The translations under genes were made by a program, and so were the position numbers. A DNA stretch of 64,000 bases from Microthyrium microscopicum (Eukaryota), in assembly GCA_010405405.1 (NCBI GenBank), contig MU004231.1, positions 2,433,860-2,497,859 on the forward strand, read 5' to 3'. The notes beneath the pieces are model-generated. The model was not told the DNA's origin. It ran no database searches and saw nothing but the letters and a program-made list of their open reading frames with translations. Below, piece after piece: positions 49,433-62,989 of this stretch; the first letter of the stretch is position 1, and the number at the start of each line of letters is the position of its first letter.

Positions 49433-51414
49433 ATGGACGTACCCACACCTTTCAACGACGAGTTGACCTATGAGTTCGAGCCCAGCTCTCTTCAAGCTAC
49501 TCCGTTTGATGCCTTTTCAACTTCAAGCTACGGTAAGTTCTCCTCTGGCCTACATGTACATCAACCTCATCTCACGCCACGTGTGTTTGTTGTAGATCCT
49601 GTACCATCTTCAGTATTGAGCTCACTACCCCACCCGCAACCACGGCCATCGCAGGTGTCAGTTGCGACCACACCAATTGCTGAAAAGTCCCTGTTCAATC
49701 TTTGTGCCACAATCACTGCTGCACTTCCGCCAGCTGTCCCAGAGCAGCGCCCATCGCTGGCGAAAGACGCAGCGAAACATCTTCGGCTTCCATCATTCGC
49801 AATATTAGGCATCGCTGTTCCACATTCCGATCTACTGACGCCGGGGCACGAGTTTGATATCATGAACGAGAACAGGCGAGACCTGGAAAATATTAATAGT
49901 GATAGTCAAGTCACTTGCGGCGATCAAACACCAGATGGTAGACTCACAGAGCCGTTTCCTTCCGTCGAACCCATATATCCCGATGGTCAACCTAATCTTC
50001 AACCACATATTTTCGCTGCAACACCCCCTAGAGAACATGTCTGGCCAACTGACAATACCGTCATGTCAGAGACAGGAGAAGCTGATGTTGGTGGACTGGA
50101 GGTTGCTACTAAAGAGCAAGGGGCTGGTGTGCAAGGCGATTACCAATCCGGAGACGTTTCCAATCCATCCGTAGCAGCAATTCGTCAATCTTTCAGAGCG
50201 TTGTGGATTGCAGAAGTCGTTCCCCAGATAGGTGAATAGTCGAAATGATATCGGAGCTCGAAGACAAATGCTAACAAATGGCAGTCACTACAATACGGCC
50301 TCGACTCGACGATTCGGCGCATTCCTCGCTTCGAATATTAACACATGCTTTACCAGCCCCGTCCAATGAAGGATTCGCCTTTCCAACCATTATCTCAGAG
50401 GTCCAATCTCCTCTTTCTCCAGAACGAACCACCTGGATTTCGCACTGGCATGCTGTTTCTGGTCGGTTCAACCTTTCCCAACTCCCTACCACACCACCTA
50501 CAACGCCAGCACCACCCCACGAAGGCGAAGATTATTTTACCACAAAAGTCTTTGACTCTGCTGTTGCCGTTCCGGATTATCAGAGTATGGAAACTGGACG
50601 TCCAAAGCTACCAGGTTCAGTACCATCTATAACTACACCTCGACCAGCAGTCCAGCCATCCACTGTCCATATCTCTATCACAGAACGATACATTCCACCA
50701 GCATCAGCAACTGAATTCATAAACCTCTTCGACCCAGCGAGCGGGAGATCTTTACTGTCCGATCGACTAGTGGAGCTCTCAGACCGTTCTGGAATGCTCA
50801 CATTCGTCTATCCAACAAGAGAGGGCGGCCGTACCTTTCTCAGGCACTACCTCGGAAAATGCCTTGATCCACTGCTTCGCAAGATGATGATAGTTAGACA
50901 GCTTGACGCAGACGTGTGTCAAAGAATCGGCGACATGCGAGCCGTGGCCTCCATGCCAACATACGACGAACTAAAAGCTCGTATGCAGGCCTATTGCAAT
51001 CAGATCACCACATCCACCGGCCAAAACACTACCATTGGCAACAAATTTAAGGGCAAGACCGGCGGTAGAGTCCAGTACTCCCTTGTGTATTCGACGCGCA
51101 ACAACGTAGTCCTCGCACCAGAAGTCTGGAGCGACTGGTGGTGTCGACAAGAAAAGCCGCGGATTAGGGATACTTTTGATACATGGATCCGCAATCATCC
51201 GAATCGAGATAGAGCAGCCAGCGCAGCAAGCGCCAATAAACCAGTAAACTATCGAACGAGGCTACGCGATGATCCGTCTGAAGGCGGGTCTATGAGCTAT
51301 ATCCTAGAGGTGTTGGAAGGCGTCAAAAGATCGGCTCCGGAAAAAGCGCGGGAGCTGGAGCCAGTGGGCATAGAGATTGGTGTTTTTGTGATCAAGAAAC
51401 AGGGTGTGCAGTGA
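49433..51414 (+). CDS. Conserved hypothetical fungal protein; intron 50232-50284
   Basis: Two long ORFs are joined in frame by a GTGAAT..GCTAAC..CAG intron. Low-complexity N-half, globular-looking C-half (ERYIPP, FVYPT, WW..QEKPRIR). The start codon is uncertain. Confidence 0.7.
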
Positions 51415-53629
51415 TGACAAAACTCGCAGTGCCGTAATGGAACGAACGGCGGCATTTGATGGAGAAGAGAGATGAAGCATTTTTCTGCATTCGAAGCATT
51501 TGAGCGATATACGTAGTATACGATAAGGATACCCAACCAGCAATGAATTCCTGCTATATCATTTGTTAGCTTGAAAGTAGTAAAGTATGCTTGCCTTGGC
51601 TCCGCGATTTCCTGTCACATCGGGATTTTCATATTGAGACGAGGATCCTTGCAGTCGCATTGCCCAAGGTTGAGTCGATATAACTCTGATAAAAACAATG
51701 AGTTCAGTGTCACCTCGTGGCAAGTCTTAGCAACTAATCAGCATAAGTCATCTTGTTCAAATGCTAGTCAGACCTGGACGAGACTCGAGGGTCGTAGGCC
51801 ATCACGAAACGATAGCATCGTGCCTCCTGTACAAGCCAAATGTATCCTAACAACGCGGAGTCTTTTCCGAGCGTATTAACAAGATCCATCGAGATGATGG
51901 ACGTTAGATTTCGTAGAAAAGTGGCAGCAGAAGTTCGATTCGGCCATTCCGATTCGCATGACGCACTATACTTTTGATCCTCATCGATCATTGGCTGAAA
52001 GCAACTACATATGGTAGTTCTTTTCGCGGCAGCGCATTATTTCAATTGTTACTTTGATACTTCATGGCTCTGATAGGTAGGCTTTCATAAAGATCAAAAG
52101 TTATTCGATCAAATTACAATGTTCGTTTATATGATTGTGTACGTCCGGTATTGGTTCTAGAGCTCTCTGATGAATCATTGGTCCAGACTCCAATTCTTAC
52201 GACACCAACTAAGAAGTCACGATCGTATTTAGATCTATGATCTACGAATTACCGACTTGACCACAGAAGGGGACGTACAGAGTAAAGAGAAAGCGCTAGT
52301 CAACCCGAATCATTTTCTCATGGGACGTTACTGGTGCTTGTCAAAGACGAATGCTAGGTACCTTTCTCCAGACAAGTTAACATCATGTGTCGAGATAGTG
52401 GAAGGTTACGACATTATCTGGCAATTGAGCAAGCTTGAGTACCTAGGTACATGTCTAAGCACCCACGTGGCACCTTCTCGTCATGGCTTATCTGCTTCAC
52501 GCATCGACTTGGTGGACTTTCCTTTTCTTGTAGATAACTTGCCCCTGATAGGCTGTTACACCACGCGGCTCCTTTAGTAAGAATCAATGGGATTGTTTAA
52601 GAATTCCATCTTCGATACTGGATTCAGCACTATCACTTACAAAAAAAAATCACACCCGAATTCTTTTCAACCAGACCTTCAATACTGGTCAAGATAAGGT
52701 AATACTGCTAAGCTTTGGGGTCAGCGAGCGTGTTTTTCACTAAACTCCACGTTTCCATGCCTTTCAAAACCGCTCCCGTGCCGGATACGGGACAGCTAAT
52801 TTCGTTTGGGGAATACCGTGAAGAAGCTGCAAACTAGAATGATGTTACCAAAATGATTGGACAATGTATCATAAGAATCCAACCACATGCCTGTCAATTC
52901 ACCAATCGATTCAGCCAAAATCGCTCAGAGTCAATAAAAAACTTAGCCAAACCGTTATTCTAGCCATTGAACTGTTTTCATTGCCTTTGCCTTGCTGGTC
53001 TTGGGGAAGGAGAGAGGCGTCAAAAATGCAGGTTCAAAAGTTCATGCTTAAGAAGCCATGAAGTGGTTTTCCTCTGGGCCAACTCTCAGGATGTTGAGGC
53101 TGTAGCCCTTCAAGATACTTCGGCTTGGGATCTAGTCAAGGCTTATGAGCTTAATATGATCATGATATACCTAGACTTTGAATAATTTGTTTAAAGGAAC
53201 AAAGAAGGGAACAATAGATGATATAGAATCCAGAGAAACGCCACATAACCTCGCTAAGAACTCCCAATAGCTGGTAGACATGTTGTTGGTCCGTTGGATT
53301 TCCTACGGTAGGGCTGAAGAGTTCAGCTTGGCTTTTGAGGGTGCTCTTCGACGGCAGGAAATACCTCACGATGCAAGTACTTTTTCTTGTTCACCAATAC
53401 GTGTCGAGCGGCTTCCAAGAGGAATCATTGTTCGTTAGCTTTGATGCACAAGTCGTCCACTTTGACAGCTTGTGGCGAATTCTAGTTCTGTCAATTGATC
53501 TATGCATTCAATTCAGCCATGGCCCAAACGGCGTGTGAAGACGATTACGATGAGCGCTGCTATAAATGACTGCGTATCCTGAGACAGGTACTATCATACA
53601 TTTCCACCGTCCAAAGGCTCGTATATATT

Positions 53630-55363
53630 ATGTTGTTCTTCAAAGCAGCGCCGGTGTTCACCGTTGTAGCTCTGCACGGTGGTCTCTCATATGCTACTCC
53701 TGTATGCGGAGGGCTTCCATCGTCCCTGGTTAGCACTTTGAAAGACAAGGCTGTTGCCAGTGTCTTCTGCTCAGCCTTTCTACGTATGTTCAATTCCTGG
53801 CCATAGGGAACATCTTGTATTGCTGACAATCGTCTAGGTGCAGAAGCAAGCTCAACTACAACTGTTACTGTCCCTTCAATAATCAAAACAGTTACTCCAT
53901 CGGCTCCTACGATAACATTGACAACAACACAAGTGAGACCCTCTACGGTCACTTCAGTTATACCAGCTGTGACCATTTCAACCGTGACTAGCACAGTCAG
54001 CGTGGTATCTACAAGTGTTGAGGCTTCACACGTCGCAACGCAGACAACTGTTACTGCATCAGCCGTTACTACCTCTAGCAGTGTATCAACTGTTAGCTCG
54101 CTGTCTATCATTGTCACTGCTACTACAACTACAGTATCAGTAACGAGCACCTCTCAGATCCCAGATGTATTTACTACAATAACAACCCCTACAACGGTTA
54201 TTTCTACAGCATTCACCACCCCAATAATCACGTCCACTTTCACTACTACCAACACGTTCTCTGGGTATGTATCCTCTCCAACAGTCTATACCATTTTTAA
54301 CGAGTTTCCCTTAGCTCTACTACGGTCACAACCACTCTGACTTCCACATCGCTCGTGGTTCCGCCGCCCAGCCATTCAAAGAGAGATCTTGCAAACCAGA
54401 GGATCACAAAGAGACAGGTTTCACTACCACCTGGTCTTGGTAAATGGCTTACACAAGATATTGTAACGGCGTGCGGTCAGTCCTGGATCTTTTGACATGA
54501 ATGATCTCTTGGAACCTAACCTCATCTTAGAATGCATACTGCCAACATTCCAGATCAAGGTCATGACCAAAACAGTCTCAGTCGGAGCTTCTACTGTTAG
54601 CGCTCCTGTCAAAAGTACCGTCACCGTGACGCGAAGTACAATAGCATACTCCCAAGTCCCGGTTCTCAGTACGGCTGTTTCTACAAGTATAACGATGGTT
54701 ACCACAACCGCTGTTGGCAGCGCGGTCTCTATTTCATTTGCTACAGATGTTTCAACCGTCACTGTCTCTCAGATATCAACTGTGACAGACGTTAGTACCA
54801 CGACGCTCATCAATTTTTCCACTTCCACAACAACACAGACGAACACCGATGTCTTTTCTGCTTATACGGTCCTTTCAACTTCGATAATCTACGAGGCTTC
54901 CACAGTCTCTACGTCAACAACCCTGTCAGCCTCTGCAGTTGTGATTCCTACCACCACAACCATTGCTACCACTACAATTAAAACCTCAACTTCGACCACG
55001 ACGGTCACAGTCCTCAGAACACCTTGTTCGGATGCAAACTACCATAACTACGATGGCGTAACCGTTGGCTCGAATAGCTATAGCTATAACGACCAAAGTG
55101 GCTATACAACAAAGGATGACTGCTGCAGATCTTGCTACGCCCTAGGAAACTGCGCTGCTTTCTTCTACTACGGAGCCGCCACTGGTGGGTTTTGTCGCCG
55201 TATCGTCGCTACCAGCGCTGGTTCGGCAGCGAATTCTGCCCAGGCCCCTTTTTGCCCAATGGGCCTTTATCCCATTACCGGCTTCGACCCAGGTGCTGGT
55301 ACAAATAGCAATTCGAACCCGGGTCAAGAATTAGGAGCTTGTGCGATACAGAATTTTTCTTGA
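53630..55363 (+). CDS. Secreted Ser/Thr-rich mucin-like protein with C-terminal Cys-rich (Apple/PAN-like) domain; exons 53630-53783, 53838-54264, 54315-54475, 54531-55363
   Basis: Signal-like N-terminus, two long T/S/V tracts, internal KR sites, and a C-terminal CCRSC..C..C..C..C segment. Three introns keep the frame. Confidence 0.78.
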
Positions 55364-57106
55364 AAATCTTGCGAGTTATAGTTTCACCACAGAGTTTTGT
55401 AAGTACATGGCATGACTATTACTCTATGATTGGAGATTGAAGCATGCACATGCTTTGCTCGGAATTTCCATTTGGCTTACGCATACTTGGTTTTTGGAAA
55501 GCGAATAAAGCATCTTTCTGGGATTTTCCTTTTCTCACTGTGCCATAGGCACGGCAAAGAATATGAAGGGAAGCATATACAAACAGAGCAAGACTTGAGA
55601 GAGGCCGAATTGGTGGTAGTTTCCGCGGCCCGCGGGCTTGGAGGTGAGATACGCTATGGTTGCCTAGGAGTAGGGACATGAATGAGATATATGTTCCAAC
55701 TTCTTAGTAGAGTGACGGTACCTGGACACCCATTTTCTTCTGGTTTAGGAAACAAGTTCGTGTGATTCGATCATTTAATTATTCTATACAATTGCCTGAA
55801 TCTACCTAGTGTTGTCCTCAAGCTCTACATAGCCTCAGCCGCTTCAATACCTAGAGTAGAAAACAGCATCAAACCCAAGTGCGGCAAAATCAGCAGCTAG
55901 ATTCTCTAGAGCTGTATAACTTACTATGCTTGTACTTGGTAGGTTTATGGCGCAATCTTGCTAGCACCTTGCATCGGTTCGTGAAAAGTACTGAATACCT
56001 TCCTCCACCACTGCCGATATTAATTGCCATCGCCATGACTTACTGCATATGGTCATGGCATGCTGCAATACTTGGTACTGGTCTATTAATGTACAAGTCA
56101 AAAGCAAGCTTTGATGCCGACAGAATCTTCCAACAGCATTCCATAGTGGTTTTATTACCATTGAATCAGGCCTATAGCTCAGGGGTACCCTTAAGATTCA
56201 ACGAACTCTATAGGCCAATTTTTGTCAAATTAAGAATGAGGCATTGACTCGTTCTCAAAGCAGTAATCTGACTACATTTCACGGATCTTCCCGTGTGCTA
56301 TCTCGATTGCATATAGCGACGATCGGTTTGGTCAGGGCTCGTTCTTCTATAATAGGTAACTTATGGTTGTCTGCACGCGCATTGACGCGATCGGAGAGCA
56401 TGATTCGTGGCAATACTACATATTGATCCTGTTTGAAAAATATTTGAGAGTTGGCCTTTCTGAAGAGTCAATTGAACAGGCAAACTCTATCTGCTTACCG
56501 AGCCTTGGAAGCCATGCGGTGCTGGGTTACAGCTCAAGAATATGTGATGAAACGATTGGTGACGACTCACTTGAAGAGACTGATGATAGCTCGCTTGCGT
56601 AATAGCTCGCTTACGCATCACATTATTATAAGTATAGTGAAAATTCATTGCTATGTTTTAGAAGAAAGTATGAGACGCCTATAGAAGTTATCGCGGAAGA
56701 ATTGGTACGTTCAAGCTACTCTACTCCACGGAACAAGGATCCATATTTGCACACATTAGATGTAAGAATATCAAAAGACATGCATATACCTAATCAATAC
56801 AACTTTCGTTGATTCGTTCTATTTTTCTCATTGGCTAGTGCTTCCCCTTTTAGTCCAGTTCTAACATTAGACAGGACTTACCGATTGAAGCAATTGCTTC
56901 GAATTCAGTCGATGCTTGGATAAACCTTTGAGCTGTACACGATATACCCAGATTAAAAAGAAGAGAGACGCGAATGAACTCAGAGATGTGGTAATTGGAA
57001 AAGCCTAATTGACCTATATAAAACGTCAAAAAAATAGACATATAAGACTGTAAAATATCCACTGAGTACGCTAAATTTTTGCTTCACCCCAAATCACATC
57101 CTCAAC

Positions 57107-57658
57107 ATGCAGCTCAAATTTCTTTCGTTATCTCTTTTGGTCTCGGGGTCGCTCGCCGCACCTATCGAAAACAGCCTACTGGCCACCCAAGACACCTCTC
57201 TCATCAAAAGAGCTTACACAGACCTCGGCACAGCCTACAAAGTCCTCCAAAGCGCATTCTCTGAACTCAATTACAGCAATGGACGCCCGGTATCCGCCTC
57301 CCGAGTTCCCCCATCCCACCAGCAGATCATAGATCTCTTCCGACAGACCGGCCAGGTTCTCTTCAGACAGCCTCAACTCGGGTTGGTAGAGGCCGCAGGA
57401 CTCGTAGGCCCTGCCACCGAACTCGCCAGAAATATAGAAGCCGCTCTTACCGTTGTGGTCATGGCGAAGCCCATCGTCGCTCGTACGAATGAACGAGATG
57501 CGGTTAGCCAAATGCTGAGCGTTCAATTCACTGAGAATGCCGCTTGGGTCAATGGAATACTTGCCTTGTTCCCAAGAAGCGAGAAGGCCGCTGCATCGCG
57601 GGTGTCAGACGAAGTTAACGCGGCATATAAGAAGGCAATGACGGCTTATGCAAGGTGA
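57107..57658 (+). CDS. Secreted helical protein, HsbA/cell-wall mannoprotein-like
   Basis: 183 aa, signal peptide, KR propeptide site, no cysteines, amphipathic helical pattern ending AYKKAMTAYAR. Confidence 0.65.
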   Translation: MQLKFLSLSLLVSGSLAAPIENSLLATQDTSLIKRAYTDLGTAYKVLQSAFSELNYSNGRPVSASRVPPSHQQIIDLFRQTGQVLFRQPQLGLVEAAGLVGPATELARNIEAALTVVVMAKPIVARTNERDAVSQMLSVQFTENAAWVNGILALFPRSEKAAASRVSDEVNAAYKKAMTAYAR

Positions 57659-58505
57659 TTGTGGTACCTGGCTCAGTGGACTGCTGTGTTACTACCTCTA
57701 CATGTATATATCCTGCGAGTTCTGTAGTTGTCTTGTTCACTAGACATGATGACACCTTTAATTAATGCTTATCGCATGATAATCCTGCCTTATATTTGTG
57801 TCGCCTCAAATAATGAAAGACCTCAGTTACAAGAGAAGCAAGTTCGGTATTTCCAAACCGTCCAAATGGCCTGCTCTTTGGTTGTTCCTTTTTCTGCTAG
57901 TGTTTTCCTTCAACTATCCCGATGCATCAATTACGAAGCATGTCATCATCTCGCATTTAGCCAGTGTGCATCTTGTCAGTCACCACTATAACCTTGACCG
58001 GTGTTGGATATAGTACTGGTTCGAGAGCCGGTGTGATGGTGATCTTGATTGGTGAGATGATTCGAGGTGTCTGATATTTGGCTGAGAGGCAAACCCCGAT
58101 TATTATGAAAATGCGGAAGTTTAGAAGATCTGATAGAGGTTCTTATCAGGACAATTGTACGGATATTTCTGTGGTTGATAATACGGATCTGAAAACCTAG
58201 CGAGGATCCCATACTAAACAGCACGTTGTGGCCAAATATAGATAGATTTTCGTAAGGGCTACAGAGCTCCTCGAGGATTTGACGAATCTGATAATAAGCA
58301 TAGCCTGAACAATACAGCCTCTGGAGGAATAAAGAGGCAGAATTTGAATGTTCAAGGCGACAATGGTTCATATAAGAGGAGTGCTATGATTCATGAAAGA
58401 ACACTGCACATCAATCAGATATTTAATCCAGTTATATCAACCATTGTGACATTTATCTGATAGCTTACCACCATAGCTACTTACCAACCTCAATCAAAAA
58501 CGAAA

Positions 58506-59156
58506 ATGACATTCCCCAAGACCTCAATATGCCTCCTCGTTCTAAGCGCAACCACATTTGCCTCACCACTTTCAACCAACACACATTCACCCCTATGCCA
58601 ACAACCACAAAACCTATGGTCCTCACCCTCAATGACCGAACTTACACCTGGCATCATAAACATCGATGGCGCAACAACCACTTTCAAGCTCGCAACTGTC
58701 ACTAACGGTGACATGACTATGGTACCCACAATCACGCAAGGACCAAGCTCGTATGTAAGCGTAGGAGAAATGAAGACGTCCTCGGAATGCGTTGGCTCAA
58801 TGACTGTTGTTTTGGCACGAGACTGTTCGTTGACGTATATCTCGTCTCAGCCGAATCTAGTGGGCTGCTCTGCATCAATTGGCTTTGTTGGCAAAGGTGT
58901 GACCCCCTTCGCTTTCAAGCATGCTGTCGGAGCAGATTTGTGGTTCATAGTGGCTTGGCAACAAGGACGTTCGATTTGGTGGCGAGGACGGCGGTGCCGA
59001 AGAGAGAAACGTCCAGTGCGGTTTCATTTCGTGGTTCGTTGCGATCGATGGGTAGTTTCATGGTTATGGATTGGTTGTGGCGTGTATGATGACCTTGATG
59101 CTATAAGAGATGTTAAAACGCGATCATATGTAGATATACCCCATCGTTTGAGATAA
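58506..59156 (+). CDS. Putative secreted protein (C-terminal structure uncertain)
   Basis: Signal peptide and Thr-rich N-half. A possible intron (GTAAGC ~58755 to CAG 58850) or a frameshift makes the 3' end unreliable. Confidence 0.5.
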   Translation: MTFPKTSICLLVLSATTFASPLSTNTHSPLCQQPQNLWSSPSMTELTPGIINIDGATTTFKLATVTNGDMTMVPTITQGPSSYVSVGEMKTSSECVGSMTVVLARDCSLTYISSQPNLVGCSASIGFVGKGVTPFAFKHAVGADLWFIVAWQQGRSIWWRGRRCRREKRPVRFHFVVRCDRWVVSWLWIGCGVYDDLDAIRDVKTRSYVDIPHRLR

Positions 59157-59525
59157 TACCACGGCTTTACAGTTTACACCATGTCCGTATTTGAGTATGC
59201 GCTGAGGTTTGATATAGAATACTGTGTTTGCATTTATGCTATTTCACACGTTCGATAGACACGGCTTACATATCTCAAAGCGTTTTGAGATGAAGCCAAT
59301 CAATCGCACCTCCTTCGGTTGATAGCAAAAAAGTGGTTGAACTGTTTTCGAGTTCTTAAGTTTGTGGCCTTCGAAATTGAAACAGTCGGGTTCGACTACT
59401 TTCTGCTGAAGCAATTTGATAACATTGATAAGGACTACCTCCTCTTTAATTTATGCAATGAGCGGATTATATATGTCTGATGGTAGTTCGGTGTTGAGGT
59501 ACTTTGCTGGCAGGATATGTATTTC

Positions 59526-60233
59526 CTATGTTCCAGCTTTCGACTGTCAGCAAGTCCTTAGAGCATGTTTTGAGAGACAAAGACTTACTTGTCGACCTTT
59601 CCCTCCAACCTTTGACATAATCAACCCATCCACATGTTTGCTCAGGTGCACTCGCTATACCTTACAGGATTAGATCTAGGGTCGAATATCATAATTTGCA
59701 GACTTACTGTTTTGCTCTTCTGAGTTACACAGCATCTTGCTTGTCAGGAACAACCAGCCCCAGAACTCTTCATTGCTGCAAAGACAGGTTTTAGTACCGT
59801 CTGGGCAACCACTACGTTCCAAAGCGAGTTTGACGACGGCGCCAGGAACACAGTCGTGTATAAGCTCCGGCGAGAATTTGTCATTAGGGACTTCTTGTGG
59901 TGCCTTGGTCTTTATGCTCTTTCCGCCAGCGGCTTCTTGGTGCAGTGTGATGTTGAAGTTCTTGATGAGATCAGCAGAGAGCTCGGCGTGCAGGTTTCGG
60001 AGCTCGGTGTGTGCAGTTTGGAGCTTCTCAAGAGAAGTGTGGATCTCGGCGTAGTTGTCAACAAGACGTTTGCAGTTGTCGGCGAATTGAACAGTATTTC
60101 TCACGTACGGGAAGGTCTTCCAGACAGAGTGCAGCAGTACAGAGGCCCAGAATAATGGCAGAAGAACCATTTTGAAAGGACAACGAGGTGACGGATCGTA
60201 GGGATAACGGGCAGTGTTCGACGCTTTGGTCAT
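59526..60233 (-). CDS. Membrane-anchored protein with coiled coil and degenerate CFEM-like Cys domain; probably two 3' introns
   Basis: Hydrophobic N-terminal segment, heptad LEKLQTAHTELRNL, and DC..SGC...TCLCSNEEF..C.SEEQ pattern. GTAAGT donors at ~59707 and ~59588. Confidence 0.55.
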
Positions 60234-60666
60234 GTCTGGTTGTAGTTCTGACTCTCGTCTAGACTTTCTTGAAGAGCTAGAAAAGGATGGTCTGGAAACG
60301 GCTTAAAGACGCGGGGACTAGTCTTCTCCTATCTGCCTGCCGGAGCCCAGTACAAACGAGAGAGATCCGTGATAAGACGGCAGGTGCCAGGAAAGGAAAC
60401 GTCAGGAGCTCAGCCTGTACATAGTCTTTGGCAGGAAAGAACCATCTGAAGATTCCTGGTCAATATGAAGAAGTAGAATATCAATTCTCTTCTGACTTAC
60501 ATGTCTGTCGATGAGGGGCCTTGTGGCGAGACAAGTGCTGATATCGAGGAATGAGTAACCAGTTAAGGTATGAGAAGATCTAAATTAGTATATAATCATC
60601 GTCGTGGCTGTACATGAAGTATATAACAGAAAAGGTATCATGAAATCAACGCCAACGTCCATCGAA

Positions 60667-62158
60667 TCATGACTTGCTCTTACTCGTCTCATGAACCAAC
60701 TTGCCTTTCACCCATACAGCTCCAACATTCCTGTCATCGCCATTATACACCCACTTATGAATCAGATCTGGGAACGTCTCCCAGCCGAAATAATCCACTG
60801 GTGCTTCCAGCTCATGATGAGTTTGTGCTGTCTCATCCACATTGTTCAGCACAATCATCTGCGCGTCCCAAGACTTTCCAACATCAAATCCGCCAATCTG
60901 ATCAGCCAGCCCAACGACCTTGGCTCCACCGCGAGTGCCTAGGTACAACACTTCCTCAACGGATAGTTTCGCCGCATCTCCCTCAGTCATAGCCACAAAT
61001 CGTGACACACCCAACGCCTGTCTGGCCGACTCGAGGATGGAAGCACTGAAACCACCGCTAACATCAGTCCCCAGCCCAACATCAATCCCCGCATCCATCA
61101 GCTTCCTCACCCGACAGCATCCTGACGTCAATGCCGTGTTACTGCTCGGACAATGACTGATCTTCGCATCTCTTGCCTTCACCAACGCAACCTCCTCATC
61201 CGTCAAGTGCACCGCATGCGCCAAGATCATCTTGTCTGTCAACAACCCAGCATAATCATACACGTCCGCGTACCCTTTACGTTCAGGAAACAATTCCTTG
61301 ACGAGGTTCACCTCTGGCACGTTCTCGCTAATATGCGTCTGTATTGGATAGCCCGTCTCCCGATGCAACGCGCCTAAATCTGCTAAGCAGCCCGTCGAAC
61401 ATGCAGGCGCAAAACGGGGGGTTATTATTGGCGTTACCGTCTCGTGTGTGGGATCAATGCTGCGGATATAATCAATCGTTTCGCGTGTTTTGGCCAATGT
61501 CTCGGCTGCGGATTCGTCGCGGTAGTAGTCTGGGCCCATGGCATCCATGCAGACGCGCCCTATATATGCTCGTTGGCCGCGCGCTTTGCAAATATTGGCG
61601 AGTAAGTTGGTGGCGGGGACGTGGATGGTAGCATAGTAGGAGGCGGTCGTTGTGCCGTGGGAGAGGGTACGTGAGACGACGCGGTGGTAGACGTGAGAGG
61701 CGCGTGTGAGGTCGGAGAGGGAACCTTCGAGGGGAAATGTGTAGTCGTTTAGCCAGTCGAGGAGGGTGGATTTGCCAAAGATGCCGGCGTTTGGGTATTG
61801 GGAGGCGTGGATATGGGTGTCTGAGTGATGGTTAGTAAACTTCTCCACCGGATGGGGGTATGACAGGTAGCTTGCCTATAAAGCCTGGGAAGAAGAAGCC
61901 TGTTGTAGGGATTACTACTACGGCATCGGATGTCCAGTCGTGAAGTTTCTTGACGGCTTCGACATTTTCGACATCTCGTTCAACAAAGACGATCTTGCCC
62001 GCCTCATCGACTCCTATCGCGCCGTTCTTGCATATATCCAAGTGGGTTGGCTCCAAACTATGCACAAAAGTGCCAAAGTATATTGTTTTCTGCGGCGCGC
62101 TCTCCATCTTTCCAAACCAAGATCCTAAAAATGAGTCCCAAATCCACTGAAGCGACAT
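60667..62158 (-). CDS. GUD1: Guanine deaminase (amidohydrolase); exons 62158(or 62107)-61876, 61820-60667
   Basis: FFFPGFI|DTHIHASQY, LLDWLNDYTFP, ITPRFAPAC, IQTHISEN, LAHAVHL, GLGTDVSGG and GDDRN motifs. Confidence 0.95.
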
Positions 62159-62989
62159 GTAGTAATAATCTGAAACTGCGATGATATGAGTAGCGACGAC
62201 TCTGCAAGTCTCCCAAGTCTAAGCGGGACGAACGCGCCTTCTTATCTATCTTCCAACAGGTGTAGTTGATCCCACCAACAGGCACCTGAGGAAAAAGCAA
62301 GTGGAAGGCTACTGGTGGTTGGGTTCCACACCCGTCACTGCTGGAGATGCATAAAGCTGGGAGCTTTGGGCCTCTAAGAGTCGAGTAGGAGGTCTCCGAA
62401 ATCCGCTAGCTCTTTCCGGAGGCGAGCGCGATCCAATCGATAAGTAACATCGGATCATTTAACTTCAACCGGGTTCTTGGTATCGATGTAACGACACCAG
62501 GAACGAAATGGTTTTCTGTAACCAAGGGGTTACTTTGCCTTTTGTAGGTTGATGTTGTTACAAGGCGGACCAGATCCTGGCTATGATCCGGAATTATTTC
62601 CGCCTTTTTATATATCCTCTGATATCAACGGACTACCAGGAACTTTTGGGAAGGATTCTTTGACTTATTTTTTTAATACTGCAGCGGTGTCATGATAAAG
62701 AGGCTGAAAATTGTGCCTGTATGGTAGCAATTGAAGTAGTTGTAACTTGATGGAGAATATACCTAGAACTACTGTCTTTTACTCAGTAGGTCTTCATGCA
62801 TAAATATTTCTATGTCTTACAGGAAAAGGAGAAAGCCCCTATGACGATAAAGGCCAGTGGTTTCAATGCTTCTCACGAAATTGTCATGGAAATCGACCCA
62901 CAATCCAAGGTAGCACTACATGCTAGTAGTGTAAAAAACTAACCACAACAGATCCTCTATCAATTCATCCAGAAGTCCCAACCTGACAT

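Noticed and set aside
56586..56618. 16-bp tandem pair ATAGCTCGCTTRCGYA
   Set aside because: Only two copies with no associated feature.
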